A DNA stretch of 63,378 nucleotides, the filler included, from Octopus bimaculoides (Eukaryota): the NCBI RefSeq assembly GCF_001194135.2. It is 5 parts of 4 records of this genome, joined end to end, with 100 filler letters (N's around TTAATTAATTAA, not from the genome) between each part and the next. Parts side by side here need not be neighbours in the genome. Positions count along the whole stretch, not along the records: positions 21,962 to 46,049 come from NC_068988.1; 4 more parts are not named here. The stretch is one strand, 5' to 3'. Made by a program: the position numbers and the translations under genes. Numbering within the stretch: the stretch's first letter is position 1; the number at the start of each line of letters is the position of its first letter. This document shows positions 23,160 to 36,360 of this stretch, piece after piece. Under the pieces are notes generated by a model, which saw only the letters and a list, made by a program, of their open reading frames with translations, made no database searches and had not been told where the DNA came from.

Positions 23160-23370
23160 AGCGGCAAGCTGGCAGAATCTCGTTAGAACGCTGAGCAAAA
23201 TGCTTAGCGACATTTCGTCCGTCTTAACTAAGTTCAAATTCCGCCGAGGTCGACTTTGCCTTTATCCCTTTCGGGGTCGATGAAATAAGTACCAGCTGAG
23301 CACTGGGGTTGATGCAATCGATTTACCCTCACCCTCGAAATTACTGCTCTTGTACCAAAATTTGAAACCA
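23160..23370 (+). mobile_element. SINE family A
   Basis: gcggcaagctggcagaatc...aaatgcttagcgacatttcgtcc...gttcaaattccgccgaggtcgactttgcc...gtaccaaaatttgaaacc. Confidence 0.9.
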
Positions 23371-24359
23371 ATATTGGCTAAATGGCAAAGGTTATAAATA
23401 AACATAAACACAGAAGATTCGTAGTTTCTGAGATACGAGCTGTAATAATGAAATAAAGAGCGAAAAATCTGAGCAATCTAGGTAGGTAAGAAAAAAAAAA
23501 CAGGTAATTTTGAATGTTAAGGTGAATGAATATCGGCGGAAAGACAATAGTGATTGATTATACTTACAAAGACAACTGTAGAGAAGACAGATTCAGTGTG
23601 TGGAGTCCATCTGAGCAGTTGAAAATTAGCTTGTCTGGACTTTGAAAACCGATCCGGAAGTTTTTCTGAAAGATTAAAAGTATCAAATATTAACATACTG
23701 TCATTGCTAAAACAAATATGAGATAACAAAAACCGTTGGCATTAGAATGATTTGCTAAACAAAAGAATACATGGGTAAGCCGGTCGAAAAGAAATGTGAG
23801 AGAAGTTAAAAAGTATATCATAAAAGATAGGGAAATGGTTATCTAAAAGGTTCCATCAGAGTACAGTAGGCTATAGAAAATAACTGTAATTTATGTACGG
23901 TGTAATTTATATGACTTTAAAAGCTTTAAAGGTTGTTTCCTATATGACAACTGAAAGCAAAACTCTGGTTTAAAACGAATTAAAGCGACCATGACAACGT
24001 TTCTTGAATTGCTCATTAGGTGCAAACTCTAGAATCGTGGATGGGCATTATCATGAATTACAACCAGGAAGTGCCATAAAGAATGAGTGACTAATATCAA
24101 GATTGTTATCAGTCAGAATATGTTTGATGCACGTTCGAACTGGGGCACAAGCTACTCACTGTATTTTGTCACGGAGACTATATCTCGCTTGCTGACAAAT
24201 GGTGTATATATACCGTCATCAGCTGCCAGTGCCACCCTCCTAGACTGTGAGGTATTAACATTTTGGAGTAGTCTCCTAATTGGTCACAGACACTAAGCAG
24301 ACAACACTACGAACTGAATTAAGAAATTACCTCTCTCATGTTTTTCCACACACCCTCCG

Positions 24360-24400
<41 letters not shown>

Positions 24401-25508
24401 NNNNNNNNNNNNNNNNNNNNNNNNNNNNNNNNNNNNNNNNNNNNNNNNNNNNNNNNNNNNNNNNNNNNNNNNNNNNNNNNNNNNNNNNNNNNNNNNNNNN
24501 NNNNNNNNNNNNNNNNNNNNNNNNNNNNNNNNNNNNNNNNNNNNNNNNNNNNNNNNNNNNNNNNNNNNNNNNNNNNNNNNNNNNNNNNNNNNNNNNNNNN
24601 NNNNNNNNNNNNNNNNNNNNNNNNNNNNNNNNNNNNNNNNNNNNNNNNNNNNNNNNNNNNNNNNNNNNNNNNNNNNNNNNNNNNNNNNNNNNNNNNNNNN
24701 NNNNNNNNNNNNNNNNNNNNNNNNNNNNNNNNNNNNNNNNNNNNNNNNNNNNNNNNNNNNNNNNNNNNNNNNNNNNNNNNNNNNNNNNNNNNNNNNNNNN
24801 NNNNNNNNNNNNNNNNNNNNNNNNNNNNNNNNNNNNNNNNNNNNNNNNNNNNGGTGGTGGTGGTGGTGGTGGTGGTGGTGTTGGTTGTTGTGGTGGTTGT
24901 GGTGATAATTTAACAAGGCTCCGCTTGCAAGGTCATGCGCTGTTTATCTTGATATGAGATCACCGTGTCGAGCACATATGGTTGTGATGCATGTTTCTGG
25001 TATACACCCTTATCAGACGGGTAGTCATAATGGGTATATTGGGCTTCTTATATTTGTACCCAGAGTCACTTTGATGACGTTTGCTGCTCTCTCATTCAAT
25101 AATAATCATTACAATTATCACAGTATATCGAATTAATTATTTGAATAGAATATATTTATCAGTAACATATTCAAAACAAGTTCAACAAGAACAGATAATT
25201 GTCATCTGGATTTATCTAAAGATGTTAACATTGATAAATATATAAGCAGTTTTGTTTTGTCAAGGTAACATTGTTAAACAGGTATCAGGTCACGTTAAAA
25301 GTGGCTCCTTGTGTTTTATAGTTTGAAAGACAGGCGACGTTTCTCGTAGTTCTCAATTTCATCGTGAAAGTGGGAAGAAAAGAACAGAATGAGAGAAAAA
25401 CATCAAAATTTAATACCATCTCTAAACAGTGTGTGTGTGTGTGTGTGTGTGCGTGTGTGTGTGCGTGTGTGTGTGCGTGTGTGTGTGTGTGTAATATATA
25501 ATTTATAT

Positions 25509-25539
<31 letters not shown>

Positions 25540-26934
25540 NNNNNNNNNNNNNNNNNNNNNNNNNNNNNNNNNNNNNNNNNNNNNNNNNNNNNNNNNNNNN
25601 NNNNNNNNNNNNNNNNNNNNNNNNNNNNNNNNNNNNNNNNNNNNNNNNNNNNNNNNNNNNNNNNNNNNNNNNNNNNNNNNNNNNNNNNNNNNNNNNNNNN
25701 NNNNNNNNNNNNNNNNNNNNNNNNNNNNNNNNNNNNNNNNNNNNNNNNNNNNNNNNNNNNNNNNNNNNNNNNNNNNNNNNNNNNNNNNNNNNNNNNNNNN
25801 NNNNNNNNNNNNNNNNNNNNNNNNNNNNNNNNNNNNNNNNNNNNNNNNNNNNNNNNNNNNNNNNNNNNNNNNNNNNNNNNNNNNNNNNNNNNNNNNNNNN
25901 NNNNNNNNNNNNNNNNNNNNNNNNNNNNNNNNNNNNNNNNNNNNNNNNNNNNNNNNNNNNNNNNNNNNNNNNNNNNNNNNNNNNNNNNNNNNNNNNNNNN
26001 NNNNNNNNNNNNNNNNNNNNNNNNNNNNNNNNNNNNNNNNNNNNNNNNNNNNNNNNNNNNNNNNNNNNNNNNNNNNNTATACATATATATATATATATAC
26101 ATATATATACATATATATACATATATATACATATATACACAAAATGCATGCATAGCCAGAAGAATTTATAGGAATACATACATATATTAACTAGAAACCA
26201 TCTCCTGCGTTGTCTCAAAGTCTGAAACCAAATAGTAAAGTGTTGATAGCATTGATAATACACACAGCGTAGTCTGGCCAACAAACTTTGTAAAATGTTA
26301 AACTAAAAAAAAAAAAAAACTTGATATTTTTGTGAGCATTTCACAGGTGTTAAAGTAAGAATCCAAGAATCTGTGAGCATGACTGCAATAAATAAATACC
26401 TGTTATATAATGGTGCTCAAAACAACTAACTTATTTCTAGCCACAGTAAGAGATTGGCTCTCTGCCCAATGATATACCATGTGTTCTGCAAAATTAAAAA
26501 GAAAAAATAGACGGAAGAGACGATAAAGCAAACAAATATTGTTGTAATGCTAAAAATGTTAATAAACCAATGGTCTACAACCTTCACTTACTCCTCCCCC
26601 TCTCCCTCTTCCTCATAATCATCGTAATCATCGTCGCTGCCTTATTTTTCCTCTTTGCTTCTTTTCCTTCGTTTACTTCTGCATCTGTCTTGTGTCTTCG
26701 TTTAGAACATTCAATCTTACAGAAGTATGAGACCACATAGCGTTTTAATTCACTGCAATGTTTACGTCTGCCTTCTTTTAGTGCCTGCTAGCGTAAGTAA
26801 GCTTAATAAAGTATGACTTGTTAAAAGGAAAGGGACAGAGAAAAGGAAACAAAAAGGACAAAGAAAAGAAGAGAGAGTTTGCATTGATCTAGACTCAAGA
26901 CTGGAGAACCACTTTAGAGCCAAGGAAGGTATAC

Positions 26935-27890
26935 TCTTTTACTCTTTTACTCTTTTACTTGTTTCAGTCATTTGACTACGACCATGCTGGAGCACCGCCT
27001 TTAGTCGAGCAAATCGACCCCAGGACTTATTCTTTGTAAGCCTAGTACTTATTCTATCGGTTTCTTTTGCCGAACCGCTAATTTACGGGAACGTAAACAC
27101 ACCAGCATCGGTTGTCAAGCGAGGTTGAGGGGACATACACAGACATANNNNNNNNNNNNNNNNNNNNNNNNNNNNNNNNNNNNNNNNNNNNNNNNNNNNN
27201 NNNNNNNNNNNNNNNNNNNNNNNNNNNNNNNNNNNNNNNNNNNNNNNNNNNNNNNNNNNNNNNNNNNNNNNNNNNNNNNNNNNNNNNNNNNNNNNNNNNN
27301 NNNNNNNNNNNNNNNNNNNNNNNNNNNNNNNNNNNNNNNNNNNNNNNNNNNNNNNNNNNNNNNNNNNNNNNNNNNNNNNNNNNNNNNNNNNNNNNNNNNN
27401 NNNNNNNNNNNNNNNNNNNNNNNNNNNNNNNNNNNNNNNNNNNNNNNNNNNNNNNNNNNNNNNNNNNNNNNNNNNNNNNNNNNNNNNNNNNNNNNNNNNN
27501 NNNNNNNNNNNNNNNNNNNNNNNNNNNNNNNNNNNNNNNNNNNNNNNNNNNNNNNNNNNNNNNNNNNNNNNNNNNNNNNNNNNNNNNNNNNNNNNNNNNN
27601 NNNNNNNNNNNNNNNNNNNNNNNNNNNNNNNNNNNNNNNNNNNNNNNNNNNNNNNNNNNNNNNNNNNNNNNNNNNNNNNNNNNNNNNNNNNNNNNNNNNN
27701 NNNNNNNNNNNNNNNNNNNNNNNNNNNNNNNNNNNNNNNNNNNNNNNNNNNNNNNNNNNNNNNNNNNNNNNNNNNNATATATATATATATATATATATAT
27801 ACGACGGGCTTCTTTCAGTTTCCGTCCACCAAATCCACTCACAAGGCTTTGGTCGGTCCGGGGCTATAGTAGAAGACACTTGCCACACAG
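26935..27890 (-). mobile_element. SINE family B, interrupted by a gap at its internal microsatellite
   Basis: 26935-27147 is the reverse complement of the 3' half, ending in (tttact)n; 27781-27890 is the reverse complement of the 5' half. Confidence 0.9.
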
Positions 27891-30104
27891 CCACGCCTAC
27901 GTGAGAACCTTCGGAGACATATCTGAGCTGAAGAAAATAATAATAGTTTCAAGTTTTGACACCAGGCCAGCAATTTTTAGGAGGAGGGTGCTAGTGGATT
28001 ATATCAATCTGAGTAATTGACTAGTAATTATTTTATCGCCCCCGAAAGAATAAAAGACAAACTTGAACACGATGGTAAACGCGAACGTAAAGGAAACTAT
28101 TACTAAAGAATATTCTAGTTTATAATAGGTGTGTTACTTGCGTTACGGAATTCTTTTTCGGGATTAGACCAAATTTTTCATATTGTTCTTAGAGATTCGT
28201 CAGCATTTAAAAATATAAATATGGAGAAATTCCACCCGACTGCGAGGTGTATCCAACCCGTGGTCTTATGGTTAACATAATACGGATCTTTTCTATTGCT
28301 GTCACAGTTTTTAAAAAAATTATTCCAATTGTTTACAAATTTGGTGTACTGATGTTGTTTTGTATGCTAATTACGAAACTGAAATTCATTTTTGTCATAA
28401 ATTAATGAATACTTTCGTAGCTTTTCGAGTTTGCAAATTTTGGGTAATTTTAACCATTCGAAAGTCACAGACACATTGGTGCCTGTTTTAATAGTAATAA
28501 GCGAAGCTGTCGTCTGCTTAAAACTACTCTCACGTGTATATTTTCCTTTGACAAGTACCTACTTTCTGAACTCTGATTTTTGAATCTTCGCTGCAAAAAA
28601 TGTGTTAATTGTTTACATGAACTGAACTATTACTACAATACAACGTACAATTTGCTTTTTGTCATTTTTCGCAAAACATTAAAAAAACTGTTTACATGGC
28701 TATTTGACCATTTCAGCCCTAACCTTAACCCGACATCTTAACCTTAAAGCCTAAAGCCTAACCGTAACCGTAGCTCTAAACCCAAACGTGCATTGCTTTT
28801 GTAATTTTTCGCGAAAAAATTTCGTTGTGGATTTTTCCTTTTTAAATCATTACATTTCTGTTCGACCGTTTTACATGATTTTATTCATCAAAACTTGAAA
28901 ACCTCTTATAGCCTTCATTGTCGTAATGTTTTACTTTCATTTTGTTTAATAAAAATTCATCTTCGTAATTCTTTTGCTTTCATCTTGAGATAAACAGCTA
29001 TCACGCAGAAAAAAATTATCAAACTTTAAACCCCTTAACATTTTACTGAACTTTTTCAAGGATAAGTGGAATAACAAAATCAACTTCAGCGTAAAAAATT
29101 ACATGAATGTACCAAATCTGAAAATTTTCACTTAATTTTAAAATTTCAAAAACTGTGATAGCAACAGAAATGACCCCATAATAGTTGTGAAGATAATTTG
29201 TATCTCCTCACTTCGTTACTTTTTAAGCAACAGTATCTACTTTGGCTCAGTTAAAGATAGAATGTTGTTTTTTTTTTCCTCACGCACTTGGTAGCTAAGA
29301 AGCTAACATCCTATAGAGACAAATTCGGACTACTACTACAGCCAAAGATTCAAGTCAACGCACTAGACAGCCATTATGTCCCCACACTGAAAACGCTTCC
29401 ACGTGGACTCTGTCGATACCAGTAAGAAACAATTATGAACTTTTCTTTTAATTACATTTTTTTTTAAAAACATGTACTTTTGATAAGGTTGTTTTTTTTT
29501 TTCAAGAACCGAAACATGTTAAATATCTCAGAGAAAATTAAAAATTAAAATTTATTTTATATAGTGGCGTTTTCAAACTTATTTTTTATAAATATATACC
29601 CACTCGTATGCCACCTACACTTTTTATCAATATATATATATATATATATANNNNNNNNNNNNNNNNNNNNNNNNNNNNNNNNNNNNNNNNNNNNNNNNNN
29701 NNNNNNNNNNNNNNNNNNNNNNNNNNNNNNNNNNNNNNNNNNNNNNNNNNNNNNNNNNNNNNNNNNNNNNNNNNNNNNNNNNNNNNNNNNNNNNNNNNNN
29801 NNNNNNNNNNNNNNNNNNNNNNNNNNNNNNNNNNNNNNNNNNNNNNNNNNNNNNNNNNNNNNNNNNNNNNNNNNNNNNNNNNNNNNNNNNNNNNNNNNNN
29901 NNNNNNNNNNNNNNNNNNNNNNNNNNNNNNNNNNNNNNNNNNNNNNNNNNNNNNNNNNNNNNNNNNNNNNNNNNNNNNNNNNNNNNNNNNNNNNNNNNNN
30001 NNNNNNNNNNNNNNNNNNNNNNNNNNNNNNNNNNNNNNNNNNNNNNNNNNNNNNNNNNNNNNNNNCATACATATGCATATATTCGTAAGTATATATAATA
30101 TATC

Positions 30105-30478
30105 GGAGGCGCAATGGCCCAGTGGTTAGGGCAGCGGACTCGCAGTCATAGGATCGTGGTTTCGATTCCCAGACCGGGCGTTGCGAGTGTTTAGTGAGCG
30201 AAAACACCTAAAGCTCCACGAGGCTCCGGCAGGGGATGGTAGCGAACCCTGCTGTACTCTTTCACCACAACTTTCTCTCACACTTACTTCCTGTTTCTGT
30301 TGTGCCTGTATTTCAAAGGGTCGGCCTTGTCACACTGAATATCCCCGAGAACTACGTTAAGGGTACACGTGTCTGTGGAGTGCTCAGCCACTTTCACGTT
30401 AATTTCACGAGCAGGCCGTTCCGTTGATCGGATCAACTGGAACCGTCGGCGTCGTAAGCGACGGAGTGCCAACACAAC
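30105..30478 (+). mobile_element. SINE family C, full length, with 12-bp TSD
   Basis: tRNA-like head ggaggcgcaatggcccagtggttagggcagcggactcgc...ggtttcgattccc; TSD atataatatatc at 30093-30104 and 30479-30490. Confidence 0.95.
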
Positions 30479-31074
30479 ATATAATATATCAAATATTTTA
30501 TGTACGTATACGTAATGTCTCCCTCTATCTTCACACATTTGCTACTATCTCCTGATTTTCTTCCTTCCCACAAGGCATTTCCGCCATCTGACTCCTCTTC
30601 GTTTTGCGGACTTCTTTCGCAGTAACTTGCGGACTTGCTTTCGCAGTAACTGTACGTTCATTTTCGTCCCCGAGCTATTGAAGGCTGTAAGGCGGTCGAC
30701 TGTATTACTCCATGTGTAACTTTATTCATTGAATTGACCGGAATGCACTCCGTCATTATTTCCATGTTCGGATCTTATTGTGCCTGTTTTCTACCTTAAT
30801 TTGTTGTTGTACATCAGTTTCTTTTATACACCCTTTTGTCTTTGGTTGTTTTACGCCTCAACTCGTCTGCATCCTCGCATCTCTAATGGTTTATAGGCGC
30901 TGTTGGAATGAGCAATATTGTATCAGGTGCCGAAATTATTGTGATCTTCAATTAGCGACTAATGGAGGGACCTAAGCTGTGCACATCCATATTTGCAGTA
31001 TTTTCGTTTTTCCAGCGAATCTTCACAAGCATTTGTACTACTTTTTGCAAAGCACACACACACACACACACACA

Positions 31075-31113
<39 letters not shown>

Positions 31114-31512
31114 NNNNNNNNNNNNNNNNNNNNNNNNNNNNNNNNNNNNNNNNNNNNNNNNNNNNNNNNNNNNNNNNNNNNNNNNNNNNNNNNNNNNNNN
31201 NNNNNNNNNNNNNNNNNNNNNNNNNNNNNNNNNNNNNNNNNNNNNNNNNNNNNNNNNNNNNNNNNNNNNNNNNNNNNNNNNNNNNNNNNNNNNNNNNNNN
31301 NNNNNNNNNNNNNNNNNNNNNNNNNNNNNNNNNNNNNNNNNNNNNNNNNNNNNNNNNNNNNNNNNNNNNNNNNNNNNNNNNNNNNNNNNNNNNNNNNNNN
31401 NNNNNNNNNNNNNNNNNNNNNNNNNNNNNNNNNNNNNNNNNNNNNNNNNNNNNNNNNNNNNNNNNNNNNNNNNNNNNNNNNNNNNNNNNNNNNNNNNNNN
31501 NNTATATATATA

Positions 31513-31547
<35 letters not shown>

Positions 31548-31849
31548 GTTTAGAATTATAGGTCAAGTTACCTCTCATTATGATGATTAATGATGTCGAG
31601 AATGAAGCATTTACTGAGATTCCCGGCTCTGGGAATGCGTTTAATATGTAAATTGGTATATCCAATAACTTAACACCGCTGTATGCGGTGACTATATAAC
31701 CAATGTGTTTGGGGAAAATGGGTTAGATAGGTGCTGATGAAGGGGTAAAACCCCCTTTGAAATATGGCCTATACACTCATTACCCATTGTGAGTTATGTC
31801 AACCGGACTAACATAACTCAAAGAAGATTTGGAAGTGAAACGCTCAGCA

Positions 31850-32850
31850 TACCTAAAAACGATCATACATGTTTCCCAAAGACTTGAAGATAACAATAAC
31901 ATTGATATGAAGTGAAGCTTCTTTTGGACTTGTGACCACTACATCACATCACACTTCAAAAGTTATGCATCTGCAATCCAAGAACAGGAGATTGCTACTA
32001 CATACCTAATAAATGAAAGAGACAGTAAAGACTTTGGAATTCCAAAATGCAACTGTAAATATAGATTTTGTCACACGCGATTAGCAGCTACCCAAAAATG
32101 TTATCACGGTCGTACTATACGACTCGACGTTGTCGCAAAAGCAATATACAATGACATCCGGGAAAAGATTGCCCAGGAATATATGTAGAAAAACAGCCCC
32201 ACACTGTTATTGAGTACGTGCGCAAGAAATACTGGCGGAACATTCCCATCAAGACATCTGTCAAGTGTAAGCATAATAGGCCGGATATTGTTGTTTGGGA
32301 CAACAAGAAAAAGTATGTACCGTCTCAAAGAGGTTAGCAGTTCTGCTGGTGTGAATATCTCTTTGAAAATCAAAGAGGAAGGACAACTATGGACAACTGC
32401 TTCGAAATCTCTAGCTTCTATATCCAGATTACAAATTCATATTTATAGCAATAATAATTGGTGCACTTAAAAGGCGGCGAGCTGGCAGAAACGTTAGCAC
32501 GCCGGGCGAAATGCTTAGCGGTATTTCGTCTGTCTTTACGTTCTGAGTTCAAATTCCGCCGAGGTCGACTTTGCCTTTCATCCCTTTCGGGGTCGATAAA
32601 TTAAGTACCAGTTGCGTACTGGAATCGATAAATTAAATACCAGTTGCATACTGCGATTGATCTAATCGACTGGCCCCCTCTCCCAAAATTTCGGGCCTTG
32701 TGCTTAGCGTAGAAAAGAATAATTGGTGCACTGTGAGTAAATGTCTAAGTGACAGTCTGGATAAGCTCGGATTTTCAGAAAAAGAAATCAACCAACTGAC
32801 TCGCACATTATCAATAGAATCTGTAAGTGAAACAGTAAAAACATGCTAGA
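31850..32850 (+). mobile_element. RLE-type LINE 3' remnant split by a SINE insertion
   Basis: CHTR...RLDVVAKAIYND...YWRNIPIKTSVKCKHNRPDIVVWDNKKK (RPD motif of the restriction-like endonuclease); resumes after 32732 with IGAL...DSLDKLGFS. Confidence 0.75.
32468..32717 (+). mobile_element. SINE family A with 15-bp TSD
   Basis: TSD aataattggtgcact at 32453-32467 and 32718-32732; A- and B-box head; internal ~32-bp duplication near 32590-32655. Confidence 0.95.
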
Positions 32851-33329
32851 CTTTTCTCAAGTTTGAAATGCGACATTGTTTTGTTATCTACGTTCCAAAG
32901 ATTGAGCCATTAGAAGGCCGCTCCTTCCTCAAATGAAAAATTTAAATATTCAACAATAGGAGAGAATCATACATACATATTTACATACATGCATACATAA
33001 AGACAGACAAATATACAGGCTTGCAGGCAGGCAGGCAGGCTGGGAGGCAGGCTGGGAGGCAGGCTGGGAGGTAAGTAGAAAATACTTTTCAAAGTGGCTG
33101 GTGGTCAAGAGTCAAAAACAGTGAAGGACAAAATGCCCAGCTGTTTGTGTTGTGTTGTGTGTGTGTGTACTTTGAACAAATATTTTCTACTAAGCTCCCA
33201 ACCTGCTTGTCTGTCTGTCTGTCTGTCTGTCTATCTGTTTGTATGTATGGGTGTATGCATGGCTCTTTTCTGTTTGTGTGTGTGTATATGTGTATGAGTG
33301 TGTGCGTATTTGTATTTGTCACCCACCCA

Positions 33330-33530
33330 CTTGATGACCTGTATTGGTTTGTTTACGTTCCTGAAACCTGCTCGGCGAAAGAGACCGGTAGAAAAAAAAA
33401 AAGAAAAAAAAAGAAAGGAAAGTCAAAAAAGAATACAAAACGCAAAACACAGGGATCGATTTATTCGATTAAACCCGTCAAGGCGGTTACTCCAGCATGA
33501 CCGCAGTCCAATGAACGAAACAAATAAAAA
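33330..33530 (+). mobile_element. SINE family B, 3' fragment
   Basis: ggtttgtttacgttcc...cggcgaaagagaccggtagaa...gatcgattt...aggcggttactccagcatgaccgcagtc. Confidence 0.7.
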
Positions 33531-34742
33531 AATTAAAAAACACAGGCATGTGCATTCTGGTGTAAAACGATGCGCCGATTTGTGTCAAGTTATGTCCCTT
33601 TAAACCTCAATACCACCCTATACAATTATTCGTAATGATCGCTTGAATAAATACCCGTCAGAAATCGTGACAGNNNNNNNNNNNNNNNNNNNNNNNNNNN
33701 NNNNNNNNNNNNNNNNNNNNNNNNNNNNNNNNNNNNNNNNNNNNNNNNNNNNNNNNNNNNNNNNNNNNNNNNNNNNNNNNNNNNNNNNNNNNNNNNNNNN
33801 NNNNNNNNNNNNNNNNNNNNNNNNNNNNNNNNNNNNNNNNNNNNNNNNNNNNNNNNNNNNNNNNNNNNNNNNNNNNNNNNNNNNNNNNNNNNNNNNNNNN
33901 NNNNNNNNNNNNNNNNNNNNNNNNNNNNNNNNNNNNNNNNNNNNNNNNNNNNNNNNNNNNNNNNNNNNNNNNNNNNNNNNNNNNNNNNNNNNNNNNNNNN
34001 NNNNNNNNNNNNNNNNNNNNNNNNNNNNNNNNNNNNNNNNNNNNNNNNNNNNNNNNNNNNNNNNNNNNNNNNNNNNNNNNNNNNNNNNNNNNNNNNNNNN
34101 NNNNNNNNNNNNNNNNNNNNNNNNNNNNNNNNNNNNNNNNNNNNNNNNNNNNNNNNNNNNNNNNNNNNNNNNNNNNNNNNNNNNNNNNNNNNNNNNNNNN
34201 NNNNNNNNNNNNNNNNNNNNNNNNNNNNNNNNNNNNNNNNNNNNNNNNNNNNNNNNNNNNNNNNNNNNNNNNNNNNNNNNNNNNNNNNNNNNNNNNNNNN
34301 NNNNNNNNNNNNNNNNNNNNNNNNNNNNNTATCTTGGTTAGTTGAACTGCAGTTTTCGTAGAACGATGATAACTTAAGTCCTTCCATCTGGCACCATTTA
34401 GCGGTAGACGCGGTTCTTTTACTGACATCTTTTTATAATTCCTTGAGTTTTTTTTTTAATTTCTACATCAGTAGTTGCATTCTTCTGACACAGTAACCAA
34501 CCTTTACTGCTCATCCTGGGTAACCGCCGCTGCAGCTGCTTTCGGGAGCCGAAGCGAGTGGTGAGTTGGGCTGTATGTGATCGTTAGAAACAGCAGCCAA
34601 ATCTCTTCCAGGTCACGCATTAAAAAAAAAAAATAAAATAAAAGAGAAATAAAGAAAAAGAAAAGCAAGCAAAACAGAAGAATTTCTACTCATTGGATAA
34701 CATAATCTGAGATGAATTATATCTTTGATCCGGAGTTAAAAG

Positions 34743-34779
<37 letters not shown>

Positions 34780-34925
34780 CCGTTATCTTGAACAACAACG
34801 ACGACCACCACAAGAAGAACAACAAAAACTAGCAACTTGTTTTCTGCTGTGCTGCTGGTACTACTAACAACCGATACTGTTATTTCTGCTTGACACAACT
34901 ATCATTACTTACATCGCTCACCTTT

Positions 34926-34980
<55 letters not shown>
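34926..34980. repeat. (CTA)n microsatellite
   Basis: Direct reading. Confidence 0.95.
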
Positions 34981-35583
34981 CACTACCACTGTCAACCATA
35001 CTCTATCCCAGCTCACCAACGTTCATAATTTATTGTTCTTATCACTAAATTGCCAAGCACCAATGGCTAATTATAGAGTTGTAGTTAATTAGTTTACATA
35101 CAAACACCCACATTCTTCCCCCCCCTCTACCTCCTCCCGCTTGCAAGGCAGTCCCCACCCTTGTTTGACTGTTTACTTTCAGTGTATATTTTCCAGTTGG
35201 CACAAAAGCATGAGAAAATCTTAGCAACGCTGTCAATATATACACACAACTCCACATACAAACACACACACACGCTTACATTCATTCATTCATTCATCTT
35301 CATAAATACATGATTCCACGAATCATGACACTCATATGCATATAGTCCTTCCCAGACTACAATAGTTTTAAACATTGTAGTTAGATAACTATCTTTAATA
35401 TCAAATGGTTACGCTTAGTCCTTATATTAATCTCCAATAATATTTTTGGAATTGTTAATCGTATCATCAAAGTTTTATTTCTTGTTGAAATTTGATTCGT
35501 TCGAATTATTATTATCAAGATCAAACTTCTACATTCGTCCGTGTTCTTCATTATTGCTTTTGTTCAACTAACTCTACAGATCA

Positions 35584-36360
35584 ATGGATATTAGTTCAAA
35601 TATCGATGAAGTCACACACCTGCGCCGTCTCGTTGAAACAGATGACCCGAGTTTTTTTGGTTTCAAGAAACTTCGTGTTCGTGGACGCGATCTTCATGAG
35701 TTGCCTGTTGCAATTTTCTCTTTGCTTGAACTCGAAGTTCTGTCTCTTTCACCAGACAGAGAGGCATCTCTTTACTACAGACTTTATTTTCTACCTAAAC
35801 AGATTGGTCAGTTAATTAACCTCAGAATTTTGATCTTGGATACCAACGCACTTACGAACTTACCACCCGAGATTAGCAATTTATCACATTTGGAGATTTT
35901 AACTCTGAGTAATAACTATTTAACTTCTTTACCACCACAATTCCACCGATTGAATGAGCTGCAGAGCTTACACTTGGCCAATAACAGCTTTTCTGTGTTT
36001 CCACCCCAGATCTGTATTCTGAAGAATCTTCAATTCCTAGACTTGAGCGATAACAAAATTTCTGAACTTCCACATTCTATAAGTCAGCTACATTCGCTCC
36101 AAACACTACTTTTATTTCGTAACCGCCTTCATGTCTTACCTGACACCTTGTGTGACCTGACAGAACTGCGTTGCCTCTGGCTCGGTGAAAACTGTCTAAC
36201 AAACTTGCCGCGTTGTTTTGGGAAATTAGATAAACTTGACTGGAGCTTCATATATACGTCAGCGGTTTTAGACGGCAATCCTATGGAGCGGCCACCGATG
36301 GACATCTGCCGGCAAGGTATTAAATCAATCAAGCATTATTTCGCATACTATGAAAAATAA
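35584..36360 (+). CDS. Leucine-rich-repeat protein, 258 aa, single coding exon
   Basis: Uninterrupted ATG-TAA ORF with one atypical and six canonical 23-aa LxxLxLxxNxLxxLPxxIxxL repeats and a C-cap LDGNPMERPPMDICRQGIKSIKHYF. A pyrimidine-rich tract and cAG acceptor (35578-35579) lie 4 nt before the ATG, so an upstream exon is likely. Confidence 0.92.
   Translation: MDISSNIDEVTHLRRLVETDDPSFFGFKKLRVRGRDLHELPVAIFSLLELEVLSLSPDREASLYYRLYFLPKQIGQLINLRILILDTNALTNLPPEISNLSHLEILTLSNNYLTSLPPQFHRLNELQSLHLANNSFSVFPPQICILKNLQFLDLSDNKISELPHSISQLHSLQTLLLFRNRLHVLPDTLCDLTELRCLWLGENCLTNLPRCFGKLDKLDWSFIYTSAVLDGNPMERPPMDICRQGIKSIKHYFAYYEK

Noticed and set aside
23568-23706. Possible minus-strand exon (ttttAG...GTaagt; NDSMLIFDTFNLSEKLPDRF...)
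   Set aside because: Splice signals are plausible, but the translation matches no family I recognise; needs RNA-seq.
26185-26295. Candidate SLC5 first exon (minus strand VCWPDYAVCIINAINTLLFG...)
   Set aside because: WPDYAV resembles the family DYxVF motif, but the frame stops after ~24 codons, there is no start ATG or good donor, and the downstream IG.Y and GR motifs are absent.
30105-30180. tRNA-like sequences at the SINE heads (also 44994, 51727, 57007, 62487, 63199)
   Set aside because: A and B boxes are present, but there is no complete cloverleaf or acceptor stem, and each continues into a SINE body; not tRNA genes.
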